Shown: positions 52,901-64,000 of the stretch, in pieces
Layout: the number at the start of each line of letters is the position of its first letter
How positions within the stretch are numbered: the first letter of the stretch is position 1
Source: Eledone cirrhosa
Taxonomy: Eukaryota
Direction of reading: 5' to 3'
Assembly: GCA_964016885.1 (NCBI GenBank)
Contig: OZ024742.1
Coordinates: forward strand, 56,482,001-56,546,000
DNA length: 64,000 nucleotides
The notes under the pieces: generated by a model
What the model was told of the DNA's origin: nothing
Database searches by the model: none
What the model saw: the letters and a program-made list of their open reading frames with translations, nothing else
Translations under genes and position numbers: made by a program

Positions 52901-54375
52901 GTCACAATAAGTATAGTTTCTTTATTATAAAACCTATTTTCTAGAGAAGGATTCCTATGCCAAAAATATACATAACAGCTATTAGTAAATTAGAGATATT
53001 ATTTAATACAGATTATTCGTCAATGCGTGTGTGCTAAGAATATATTGACATAATCAAATTATAGTAAATATTTATGATGCCTGAAAGCAAATCTAATGTT
53101 GACCCTATCCCACAGGCACAACTCCATCAGATTTTATCTTCCAAAAATGTTTTTAGAAAACCCATTGGCAACGCTAACTCTCAATCATTCAAATGCACCC
53201 TGTGTTTTTAGAGATATCCTATTAATCTCCAAACATCAACTGGGTTGCTTCCAAGGGATAGTAGGATATGCTCAGAAACCTGTAGGTGACGTGTGATCAC
53301 CTCCACCATCTAATAATAAGGAGAAGAATAAAAAAGAAGATTTCTCTAATCACAAAATTAAGATGCAATTTTTGGAAGGGCTTTTAACGAAGACCAAATT
53401 ATATTGATCAAAGACCAGGCACAACTGTTCAATTTTTTTGTGGGTTATAATGCTAATGGCATTATACCACGAGTAAACATTATACTGTAGTATTTCCACA
53501 TCTGATAGTTCGACAAATGTTAGTGACTAGACAATATAGCTTCGTATATACGACTAGTATGATACTGTTTAATGTTTATAATGCACTGGATACGAAGAAT
53601 GAGTTTGTTGCTGGATTGACACAGTTCTTGTATTCCGACAAAAATATATATTGTTACTCCTTATGGTCTCTGTACGTCAGTAAACACTCCATAATAAAAT
53701 AATTCTCTAACGCCATGTCTATGAGACGTAGATAATAGGCACGATTAAGGAATGTTTGTTGGTTTATTTGTTTGGGGTTGTCTTATTATTTGGCTGATAA
53801 GAAATGTTAGTTAACTGGGCAAGTTCACATTGTAAAGTGTATAACGTTTTTATATCATATTTTATTTTGAATATATCTTATTGTACACCTAATTTCATGT
53901 TTATTTCATTCTCTCTATACGTCTCTCAGAATGGCATAGTTAAATCTTTTTTTCGTTGATCTCATTATGTAATCATTAAGATCTCACTTCGAACTGATAC
54001 ATGGTCAATTAGAATTATATATAACGATAAAGAAATGAAATGAAAAAATTAATTAAGCCAATAGTGTATGCTTTATTAGTGTAGGCTATATTAATTCCAT
54101 CAAACTAACCTTAATCGTTAATAGTGATTTCTTAAAAACCTAATCATTTTGAACCAAAGAGACAAGGTTATTGGGATGTTATTTTGATAACATTTACACT
54201 AAGAGGTATACAGTGCTGAGTAAATTCCTTAAAAGTTTTTTTTTTATCTTGTTAATAGATGCCCTTTCGATCGATAAGTATCGTTGGTTCAATTCTAGTA
54301 TTAAAATTATAATTATTTGTATATTACCTAGTTTTATTTCTATTTCATTTACAGCAGCAGATTCAGAAACACAAT

Positions 54376-54411
<36 letters not shown>

Positions 54412-54911
54412 TTCGATGTCAATCACAGTAGTGTCCATGGAGTTTTATATACGATGTAATATTATACCATCTTTCGATTAAATAGTGTAGGATTAGCCGT
54501 CAAATCAATCAGATTCGCTACTTAAACTATACGCCGATATAAAGTTGATCCTATAATATTCATCTCCGGTGAAGCTGTGATGAAGTAAAATGAGATATGT
54601 GATGTGTCATTTGATATGTCAGATATATATGACAAGTTAGAGAGAACTACGATATAACGAGACCTTAGAGTTGACATGGAAATTATCCTTAAATGAAAAA
54701 CAAACAACAGAATGGGGTTTAGATCAAGTAACGAGAAGGGGATATAATGACAACAGCAGCTACAATAATCTTCATCCTCGTAACCACTCTCATCAGTCTT
54801 ATTATTATCTTCATTTTCTGTAGCAGCAGCAGCATTCATCTAACCAATTCTCAATTGACAAGAGCAGTGGAATATCCAGTAAGCGGTATTTATTATTTAA
54901 ACCATCAATAT

Positions 54912-55143
54912 TAATAATTGTTTCTACTTTAGGCACAAGGCCAGCAATTTTTTTTTTTTTGGGGGGGGGGGGAGTCGATTAAATCGGCCCCAGTGTATTA
55001 TTGGTACTTTATTTTATCGACCTTGTAAGGATGAAAGGCAAAGCTAACCTGGGTGGGATTTGAACTCAGAACGTAAAAGGCCGTAACTCTATGCTACAGA
55101 ACATGTTGTCCGATGCTCTACCGATACTCCCAATCCACCGCCT
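54912..55143 (-). mobile_element. Major-family SINE, inverted
   Basis: Reverse complement of the consensus, ending at ccaatccaccgcc. Confidence 0.88.
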
Positions 55144-55227
55144 TAAACCCTTCTCTGTTGTGTTTTTTTTTGTCCTTATAATATCCCCCAACTTTGTGAG
55201 AACTTTTGCGCAATAAAAGAAATATAT

Positions 55228-55682
55228 ATGTTCTGAGTTTAAAAGTCCCCCCGGGATTATTTTTGCCTTTCATCCTTACGGGATCTGAAAATAAAGCACT
55301 AGTCACATACAGGTGACCATTTAATCGACTTGCCCCCTTCCCCCCGAAAATTGTTGGCCTTGTGCCTGAATCAGAAACCATTTTTAGAGGTAAATAAAGA
55401 AATCTTTATTGGTATCATCATAATCATCATCTTTATCGTATGTTTTTATTCTAAGCGAATGTTGGGTAAAATTGGAAATCATTGTTATTCAGTATCAGTA
55501 GAGTGTTAGACATCATGCTTTGCTGCATAACGTTATGGTCCTTTACGTTCTGAGTTCAAATCCTGCTGAGGGTAGCTTTGTCTTTCATCCTTACGTGGTC
55601 GATAAAATAAAGCACCAGTAATGCACTAGGTTCGATTTAAATTGCTGGCCTTGTGCCAAATGTAAAAACAATTATTATTATC
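55228..55682 (+). mobile_element. Two major-family SINE copies
   Basis: 55228-55380 and about 55490-55682. Confidence 0.8.
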
Positions 55683-57529
55683 ATTAAATTATTTTCACGA
55701 TATTGCTAACGATGATGATGATGACGATGATGATGATGATGATGATGATGATAGTGAAGATAACGATGATTAAGAGAAAGATGTGTCTGGTAGTCATTCC
55801 CTGCGGCTAGTTTATAGAATTAATTGTTGTTAAGAGTCTGCTGTTATATAAAGGTGAATATATTTGAATACAATTTAGGTCATAAATGGTAAGTGTTATT
55901 ATGAAATGTTTATGGTCTATTACTATTCTTGTTAGTTGGAATTAAACATCACAAACTACAGTAGACATGAAGGTTTCATCTCAGTAATTTTATTTGCGTT
56001 GGCGGTTATATGCATGAGATATTTTATTAACATTTCAATGTAATTATCTCTGGTAAATCTGTCATTGAGTTCCTATTTTTTAACGATATTTCAAGGCCTT
56101 CATTAATACGTAGATGTATAGAACCTAGTATGGTGACATTATGGAATAATTTTTATATATTAAAAGGAAAGCGTTTAAGACGTTGATTTCCAGGAAGAAA
56201 ACAGTTTAACGAATCATTTATTCTGCGAATCATTTCAGGTTATATATTAATATAACATTTTTGTTGCCTTTTCACAGATGTATAACCTCAGACATTTACA
56301 TGAGAAACAAGAATATAATTGATGGAATCAATTATATCATTCGCTTACTCTACTGTGGACAGTGTATGTGCATCAAAGTACATATGCACAATAATAAATA
56401 GTTTATTTAGATGGAATTTATTGAAGAGGTGAGCATTTGTGTGATGTGAAAAGCGGAGACTTGGCCAACTGTGCAATTTTCATGAAGATATTACAAACAT
56501 ACACGTACCGAGTAAATATTTTGTTTTATTAATACTAAACAACGAGGCCTTTGTAAATGAAATGCATTTATGATCCCTAAGGATGCTGAAATTATCCGCA
56601 GCAATGGTTTATCTGCGCCAACGTTCATTTACTATAACATGTTTCTTTAATTTATGTCTACTAATTTTATTTTCTGTCTCGTTTCTTTGGCCATTAATAT
56701 CGGATATTACTATGACAATTTATTTCTCAAAAACCATATAATATCCAAACAGCTTCCAATGAAACTACCAGGAATACACTAAATGTTAAAAAATTAGCAA
56801 TAACTGATTTGTTCCCTTATTTAATATGTAGGATAATGGCTGTGCTCAGCCCACAAAATGATAAATAATACTAGGGAATGAGATTTCAAGACATATAATC
56901 TTTTCTTAATAGCATCCATAGCATAAATAAGAATATTGCATTGCCTCCCTTACGATATCACATTGACATTTGAAATAATATAAAGATGTGTCAATAACGA
57001 TAGATCTAAAAGGAATCATTTTAAACAAGCAGTAGTTCGCTATACAGAGACTAAATTAAAGCGTGCTTCCGTAAAAACTGCGTTTGATCCTTATCTTCAA
57101 GCGAATTAACAGGTTTAGTAGGTTATCAAATATTCATTCTCAAATCTATTCAAGTATTACCCATTTTCACATGAAAACAAGATTGTTCATTGTAGTAAAG
57201 ATGCATTTCTATTCTGTCATTATGTGAAGACAAAACTTTTATTCAAGTGTGAAAATGAAAACAAATAATAATAATAATGATAATGATAATAATAATACTG
57301 TTAAAACGAAAGAGAAAGAAAGGGAAGACATGGTGGTTAAATAATCAATAAACTGAAGCAATTAGGTCTCCACGAAAAATCATGTGTATTTGAAGCTGCT
57401 GTGATGTTCACACCAAGACACAAGATTGCTTTCACGGAACCCAATCAATAGCATCCTCTTCTTAAGCGATTGGTGTCAGACGTTTGGAACAAGATTACAT
57501 TAATGGCACTGATATTACCAGAGCTTTAC

Positions 57530-57565
57530 CTTTTTTTTCAAAGTTCGTTTGCTCTTCTGACAAAG
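57530..57565 (-). CDS. Candidate stalk micro-exon of the M13 peptidase, xLSEEQTNFEKK
   Basis: Pyrimidine-rich acceptor (ctttctcctcaaattgacag), AG|gtaaag donor; 36 bp, phase 1 to 1, stop-free and compatible with the 46090 exon; no homology support. Confidence 0.4.
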
Positions 57566-57692
57566 CTGTCAATTTGAGGAGAAAGTTGCATAGAAAAAAC
57601 CTAAGAAATTAATCTAGTCATTACCAAAGTAACTCAACTATATTTGAATTTTATCAGAGAAATTTGCCATAGCCTCAAACTATATAGAACAG

Positions 57693-57760
57693 CAATAATA
57701 ATAATAATAATGACAAATAACAACAATAATAATAACAAGAAGAAGAAGAAGAAGAAGAAG

Positions 57761-57791
<31 letters not shown>

Positions 57792-57820
57792 TAGCAACAA
57801 CAATATATATGATTGTTGTT

Positions 57821-57863
<43 letters not shown>

Positions 57864-57885
57864 CCATCATCATCATTGTTATTAT
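57693..57885. repeat. Compound trinucleotide microsatellite (AAT)n-(AAG)n-(CAT)n
   Basis: Direct reading. Confidence 0.95.
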
Positions 57886-58086
57886 TGCTACCACTATTCT
57901 GAAAATAGAAATTTCATTTCGGATTTAATATTCCGAGAGAATATTTTCGAATTTCTTTGTTTACATCAGTATTTCTTTTTTTTTATTTCGCTTTTAATAT
58001 AGGATTTTTTTATTAAATGATTGTTAAAGTGTAGAGTATTGCTACGAGATGTGCATGTTATGTGGGAAGAGCGCAATATAAATGTG

Positions 58087-58150
<64 letters not shown>

Positions 58151-58207
58151 TCTGAAACTAAAAAATTCAATCTGTGAACGCAGATCGAAATATTTACTTC
58201 TGCGTTC

Positions 58208-58283
58208 ACAGATTGATTTTTTTAGTTTCAGAAGATCCCGTTAAGAGTGAAAGCAGCGATTCTTTGCTTAAACTTTAATCTGT
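58208..58283 (+). ncRNA. Extended type-I hammerhead fold with variant CAGAAGA core (best copy)
   Basis: ACAGATTGA-T7-AGTTT-CAGAAGA-TCCC-GTTAA-GAGT-GAAA-GCAG-CGATTCT-TTGC-TT^AAACT-TTAATCTGT. Confidence 0.65.
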
Positions 58284-58322
58284 TATATTAATATTTATCT
58301 ATGACTTTATATATATGTAAAC

Positions 58323-58414
<92 letters not shown>

Positions 58415-58430
58415 TTAAATATGTATATAT

Positions 58431-58561
58431 ATATTTAATATAGAAATGGCTTCTTCAGGACTAGAAATGTTTCAACCGGATGGAATCATCAGGAAAACCC
58501 TGATGATTTCCTCCGAATGAAAGAGTTCCAGTCCTGTACAAGCCATTTCTATATTAAATAT
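58431..58561. repeat. Fold-back with two degenerate hammerhead cores
   Basis: CTGATGA-TTTCCTCCGAAT-GAAA on + and CTGATGA-TTCCATCCGGTT-GAAA on -; relative at about 6452-6500 (-). Confidence 0.7.
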
Positions 58562-58645
58562 TTATACTCTGCTATGTATTGAGTACCTTACTTACTGTTG
58601 TTACCTCCGATTGAACCCCGGATAAACATATATATATATATATAG

Positions 58646-60345
58646 TGGTAGAACACTGGAAGGTAATATCCGTAGTGGTAGAGAACTCAGTCCATGGGAC
58701 GAGTTAGGTGTAGAGGTGGTTACACAACAGTTAGTTCACCATACCGAGAACAATTGTTTCACCTTAACGGATCCTCAGCTCGTAATGGGCATGATTATAC
58801 GGAACAGGAAGAACAACCGTACGAACGCGCATGCGCAGAAACCCGTCATTTCACACACACAATACTAAAATGCGTGCGAGAGGTGTAAGGGAGATAACTG
58901 CGAAAGTCCGAAAAGTTTTTAGTTGATAAGAAAAAATATTAATATTTTTACAATAATTCTTTCAATCCGGAGCCTTGTAGTTATGCAATAGGTGTTTCGA
59001 GACGTGTGGACAACGTGTGAAAAATTCATTTCTGGTGTTTAGGCAAACACTATTGCATAATCTCTTTAGAATATTTATTCCTTCGTCAATACACAGTCCA
59101 CACGACGGATTTCGCCTTGCGTATGGCTTGGACTTAGTGATGGCTTTCCATTGAATGGAGTAGTTTATACTTGAGTCCTTGAGGGACCATATGTGGCTCC
59201 CGAGTTTCGTGGATTAACGTCTGTCCGGGTACCTAAAGGTCGACTGATGGTTCAGGAAACGTTCCTTAAATCGGCCCTCCACCATGCCCACATAGGATTT
59301 GACCTCCTCTGGTTGGTTTGGTCGGTTGAAGTGACCACAGCTTCATAAATTACAGTTGGTGTGTTACATTGCTGTTGAAGTGGGAAAGCTTCGGACTTAC
59401 GGCAAGAGCACCCTGATGGGGTGTTGCTCCTAGGGCTACTGGTGATATGGGACTTCATGTGCTTAGCGCAGGAGTATCCTAGTTTTACTTTGTTTCGGTT
59501 AAAGATGGAGCGGTATTTATGACCTATGGGAAAGTGTCTATCTAAGAGGGCTAGAAATGTTTTGCCTACATTGGTTTTAACGTTGAGTGAGAAGGGAGGA
59601 GAGAACCAGATAGTTTGTCTATTGTTGCGCTTTCTTTTCTTATTGCTGTTGTTGATAGTAGGAGAGTAAGTGATAGGTTGTGAGAAGCCTCTGTTAGCTA
59701 ACGCCGTGTTATAGTAGGGTGCCACCCTCTCAAAGATAGCCTTATTAGAGGAGAGGTTTGAGATTCTAGTACTGGTATTATTTACGAAGTTTCTAAAATC
59801 AGTGGGAGGGTGGCATGACTCCTTGTGAATGTAATTGAGTTTTTCGTTTAGCTTATGGAAGAGTCTGGGGTGTGTGTGCGAAAGTCTAAATTAATGTCTA
59901 AGAAATCTACACTAAGTCCTAACTCATTGAAGGTAGAAGTTAAGTCTTTTTTAAACTGGTCGAGGTCGTGACCACTTTTATGGCTCGATAAGGTCAGTCC
60001 ATTGTCTCAGTATATTCCCGTGTGGAAGTCCGGGAATCTAACAGATAATATGTCTAAAATAAATAGGCCAACCAAGTCACATACGTCAGCACTGTCAAAC
60101 GATCCTATGAAGGCGTCGAATAGGTCTGAAGTTGTAGACTTCTTTGCCCAGGCTTTGCTTCGTTGAAGAGGAGGGTTTTCCGGCAATGAGCGATGATTTC
60201 CCTGTCTAAACCATCGACGGTGGTGTAAGTTGAAGAGAAGTCCAACGCTTTGTTTAACAGGGTCTCTGAGATCGACGGGTAAAAATCGACAATGTCAAAC
60301 TGTGAACTTCGCTTTTGGGGATTTTAAGGAGTTAAACCACTTAAT
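58646..60345 (-). mobile_element. Penelope-like element, Naiad type (RT plus GIY-YIG), 5'-truncated and decayed
   Basis: FDIVDFYPSI, GSFDSADVCDLVGLFIL, GIY*DNGL, IWFSPPFS..VKTNVGK, CSC..PL...C..VIYEAVV, CGLCIDE..LNTRNE...CPH; ORF ends at 58962. Confidence 0.92.
58745..58782 (-). ncRNA. Minimal type-I hammerhead in the 3' terminal region of the Naiad element
   Basis: CGAG-CTGAGGA-T-CC-GTTAA-GG-T-GAAA-CAATTG-TT^CTCG; palindromic stem III ACAATTGT. Confidence 0.78.
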
Positions 60346-60369
60346 TACGGAGTCGCTGTTCTCCCAAGA

Positions 60370-60444
60370 ACAGATTAGAGTTTAAGCAAAGAATCGCTGC
60401 TCTCAACGTTAACAGGATCTTCTGAACTAAAAAAATTAATCTGT
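60370..60444 (-). ncRNA. Decayed copy of the CAGAAGA-core hammerhead, just upstream of the PLE RT fragment
   Basis: ACAGATTAA-T7-AGTT-CAGAAGA-TCCT-GTTAA-CGTT-GAGA-GCAG..TTGC-TT-AAACT-CTAATCTGT. Confidence 0.5.
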
Positions 60445-60959
60445 GAACGCAGAAGTAAATATTTCGAGAAACGTGGCAACCGAAGGACAACAGGAAGACG
60501 ATATTTTGGTTCCTGAATACGTTCCATGGCAATGAACGGAAAAAAGCGAGGATAATACGTCGTTATGTGGACTGAGAGGAACAATTTCATGCAAAGACAA
60601 GACATAGTTTATGGTATAAATGGAGTCGTTAGGGTAATATTCTATTTAAAATAACCGAATGATTTCGAGCCCCGGAGTTTAAGAATGATATAAATAAAAT
60701 TGAAAACGAAAATGATAGAGGTTATTAAAATAGTAAAAGTAAATAGTGAAGATTTAGGCCAGTGCATACGTATGCGCCGACGGACATACACATACATATA
60801 CATACGCACACACAAATACATACATACACACAAACACACACGCACGCACACACGTGCGTGTGTGTGTAAGCCTTATGCATTTCTACAGTATTTTCACTAA
60901 ACTTAAGACATAGGTTACTTATGTACTGCGGATGGTCATGGGCACTTTCATTTTTCTAG

Positions 60960-61276
60960 ATATTGATTATAGGGCCTCCCGGCAGATAACCCCCTTCAAC
61001 CGCTTCCTTGGAGTCGACTGAAGCACTGCAGTGCAATGCAACAAAACGTCATAACTTCTGGAGTTCGCAACCGATTTTCACAAAACTTGACACATGCGCT
61101 ACGTTTGTTCTACAGATGAATGTGAATTGGCACATATTGAGTAGCGGACCCCTGGGGGCAGGAACCTCCTTTGGTAAAAAGCCGATGATTTTGTAAAAGT
61201 ATAGTTTTCGAAGCAGCACTGAAGTATTGACATAACTGCTATTTAATACCCGAGCAACGCCGGGTACCTCTGCTAG
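60960..61276 (+). mobile_element. Helitron-like non-autonomous element, 3' end
   Basis: TACCCGAGC-AAC-GCCGGGTA hairpin 6 nt before CTAG|T; CCGATTTTCACAAAACTT motif; 5' limit uncertain. Confidence 0.65.
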
Positions 61277-61300
61277 TATATATATATACATATATATATT

Positions 61301-61342
<42 letters not shown>

Positions 61343-62695
61343 TGTGTGTGTGTGTGTGCAGTAAAAGACCGATAATATTTTTTTAAGCCGGTACAATGCG
61401 GTAGAAAAGTAAGAAGGGCAAATGTTGACAAACCCAAACAAAACAAATTAATGTTTTACCCAGTGTATTTTAGCCTAATAATTCAGGGCCATACCCTGGT
61501 TATATAAAGGTTGGTTATTACATATAAGAAAATAGAGAAGGTGGTAAAAAGAAATTAATATCGGTCACGTTTAGTTGACATTCGGGCTCTTCCATGCTCT
61601 GCAGAATTCCATGAAGTTCTTTTCATCACGTGTATGATCAGAAGCATCATGAACAAGGAGGATCCAGGTACTGAGAAAAAAGGGTACCCGAAATTGTAAG
61701 AAGTGGGTCAGCGAGATAATTGTACGTAAGCCATATTATTAAAGTATTATGATATCATGTTTCCTGGACTCTACTTCTCGAATAAATACTAAGTATATTG
61801 CATCATTGTATTCACCATAGCAACATATATACTAATATATATGACCACTTCCTGAAATAGCGGAGACTACTGACACCTACTGTATACATCGACAATAGCC
61901 CTGGATACTACTACACACACACAACTTTCTTCTCCCCTGGACCACTATACACACGGATAAAGACAATCATACAAGCTTATGCACATACACACATAACCAC
62001 ACTCACATACACAAACTAATAACCACATAAACTCATCCAAACTTACACAGACTGAAAACATCCATAAACAGACAAATATACACACATTCACACATAAGCA
62101 TACACACACACACAAGCGTACACACACAAGCGTACACAGACGCATACATGCAAATTTATGAAAAGTTAAGACACACGTTTATGCACACGTTTATGCACGC
62201 ACATTAATACACCTACACGCACACAAAATTACATAAACAATTCACAGACACAGACATATATATAAATATATATGTGTGCGTGTGTTTATATGTGTGTGTG
62301 TGTGTATGTGTGTGTACATGCGTGTGTGTGTGTATATACCAGTATGAAGTAATCGATTGTCTAATAATCCAGATTTCATACGCCTCTAATTAAATATTAC
62401 ATTGCGTAATATATCGAAACACGTGTCAGAATTATCAATAATTATTAACGAACGGAAATACTGAACATCAACATCTTTGTCTTGTTGATTTTTACACAAT
62501 CCTTGAAGAAGGTATTCATTATGGGGGTATTCCTTGTAATTACGTTAATTTCTAACGTAATTTCTAACGTAGTCGCATTTGCATTCTTCCCGTCACAAAC
62601 CTTAATACCTTCGATGGGAAAATCGTTTGCACGCCAGTCAAGATAACAAATTGTATCAATATTTCGCTGAAACGTACGTACATTTGAGTCTGTGT

Positions 62696-62762
<67 letters not shown>

Positions 62763-63118
62763 TGTGAGTGTGAATATTTCTTAGGTGTAGTTAAAGACAA
62801 ATCTAAAACCAGAATGCCTCTTACAGACATATGTATGATTGAATTTTAAACAAATATCTCAATTACATGTAAATTATGTAAACAGAATTTAGTAAACAGA
62901 TTTGCACGAAATATAGTATAGATGAATTCCTATGAGGGACATCGGGTTCTAAACAGAATCTAAATTATAATATTTTGTGAATAAGATATTACGTTTAATC
63001 ATCATATTTCAGGAGGCATGGGAGGACAAAATCGGTTATACAAATATATATACGGGCCACACAATTGCAGGCCTGGTGCCTAGATTATAAACCAGTATTA
63101 TTGATGTTATTATTGTTA

Positions 63119-63545
63119 GCGGTGGATTGGCAGTATCGGTAGAGGGTCGGACGCCATGCTTTGCAGCATAGAGTTAGGCCCTTTATGATCTGAATTAAAA
63201 TCCCGCCGAGACTAACTTACCTTTCTTCCTCACGGGGTCGATAAAATAAAGTACCAGTAATGCACTGGGGTCGATTTAATCGAATTTCCCCTCCCCTAAA
63301 ATTACTGACATTGTGCCTATATAAGAAACCGTTATTATTGTTAGTAGTAGAAGGGCGGTGGATTGGCAGTATCGGTAGAGGGTCGGAAGCCATGCTTTCC
63401 AGCATAGTTACGCCCCTTTACGATTTGAGTTCAAATCCCGCCGAGGTTGACTTTGCCTTTCATCTTTACGGGGTCGATAAAATAAAGTACCAGTAATGCA
63501 CTGGGTAATTGCTGGCCTTGTGCCTAAAGTAGAAATTATTATTGT
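63119..63545 (+). mobile_element. Two tandem major-family SINEs
   Basis: 63119-63330 and 63353-63545. Confidence 0.9.
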
Positions 63546-63617
63546 TAGTAGTAGTAGTAGCAGCAGTAGTATCTCTCTATTTTCTCGTTCACTCTCTCGC
63601 TATCCCTCCCTTTCTAT

Positions 63618-63649
<32 letters not shown>

Positions 63650-64000
63650 CTCCCCTTCAACTCTTGCCACCCTAGACACGTTAAAATTAATATTCCCTAC
63701 AACTTAGCCAAGAGAATCTGTACTATAGTCTCCAATAAAAACATCTGCTACTTACGGCTACAAGAACTAAAGGACACACTCATAGGCAGGGACTACCCTG
63801 CATCACTAATTGACAATGGAATCCAACGTGCCCTAAAACTCAGTACCCAGGACCTTAGACACCCTAAAGTAAATCAACCAAAACTAAAAGCTCTTCCATA
63901 CATCTCCACACACAACCCCCTCAACAACGAGGCCTTTGACACCATCCTCCAGAACATCCCTGTATTGAAAAAGGACCATAGAATGAACCAAATTCTACGA
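63650..64000 (+). mobile_element. Penelope-like RT thumb fragment, runs off the window
   Basis: SCHPRHVKINIPYNLAKRICTIVS..LQELKDTLIGRDYPASLIDNGIQRA..LPYISTHNP; begins directly after (CA)n(TA)n. Confidence 0.85.

Noticed and set aside
57634-57928. Hydrophobic poly-M/F/I ORF as the missing transmembrane exon
   Set aside because: It is a trinucleotide microsatellite artefact without convincing splice sites.
60000-60022. In-frame TGA in the Naiad RT as a selenocysteine codon (some Naiads encode selenoproteins)
   Set aside because: It falls at the Arg of the YRDD motif, consistent with CGA>TGA decay. The cysteine positions I read use TGY codons, the copy is frameshifted, and no SECIS is evident.
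62500-62690. Hammerhead ending GAAACGTACGTA (similar 3' halves at 6160 and 13413)
   Set aside because: Only the 3' half is recognisable; I could not assign a matching CUGANGA with stems I and II.

Overview
AT-rich, microsatellite-dense eukaryotic DNA, most likely an octopus or other coleoid cephalopod (inferred from the SINE families and repeat landscape). The whole window lies inside one minus-strand host gene encoding an M13-family (neprilysin/ECE-like) metallopeptidase. Seven phase-compatible GT-AG exons (46046-46090 down to 407-546) give a continuous Peptidase_M13_N reading frame. There are also one or two candidate stalk micro-exons upstream. The transmembrane exon and the catalytic HExxH exons are not seen and presumably lie outside the window. 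The introns hold decayed transposons: two RTE LINEs, R4/Dong-type RLE LINEs, several Penelope-like elements (PLEs, including Naiad-type GIY-YIG copies), three mariners, Helitron pieces, MITEs and about 20 tRNA-derived SINE copies. The most notable unannotated signal is a set of type-I hammerhead ribozyme (HHR) motifs in (TA)n-anchored, often palindromic PLE-terminal fragments. About eight are packed into 2.4 kb of one intron, several in the sense orientation of the host pre-mRNA. One repeated family folds as an extended type-I hammerhead but carries a non-canonical core (CAGAAGA, i.e. U4A) in all five copies that retain the core. All RNA structures were folded by eye and ribozyme activity is untested.
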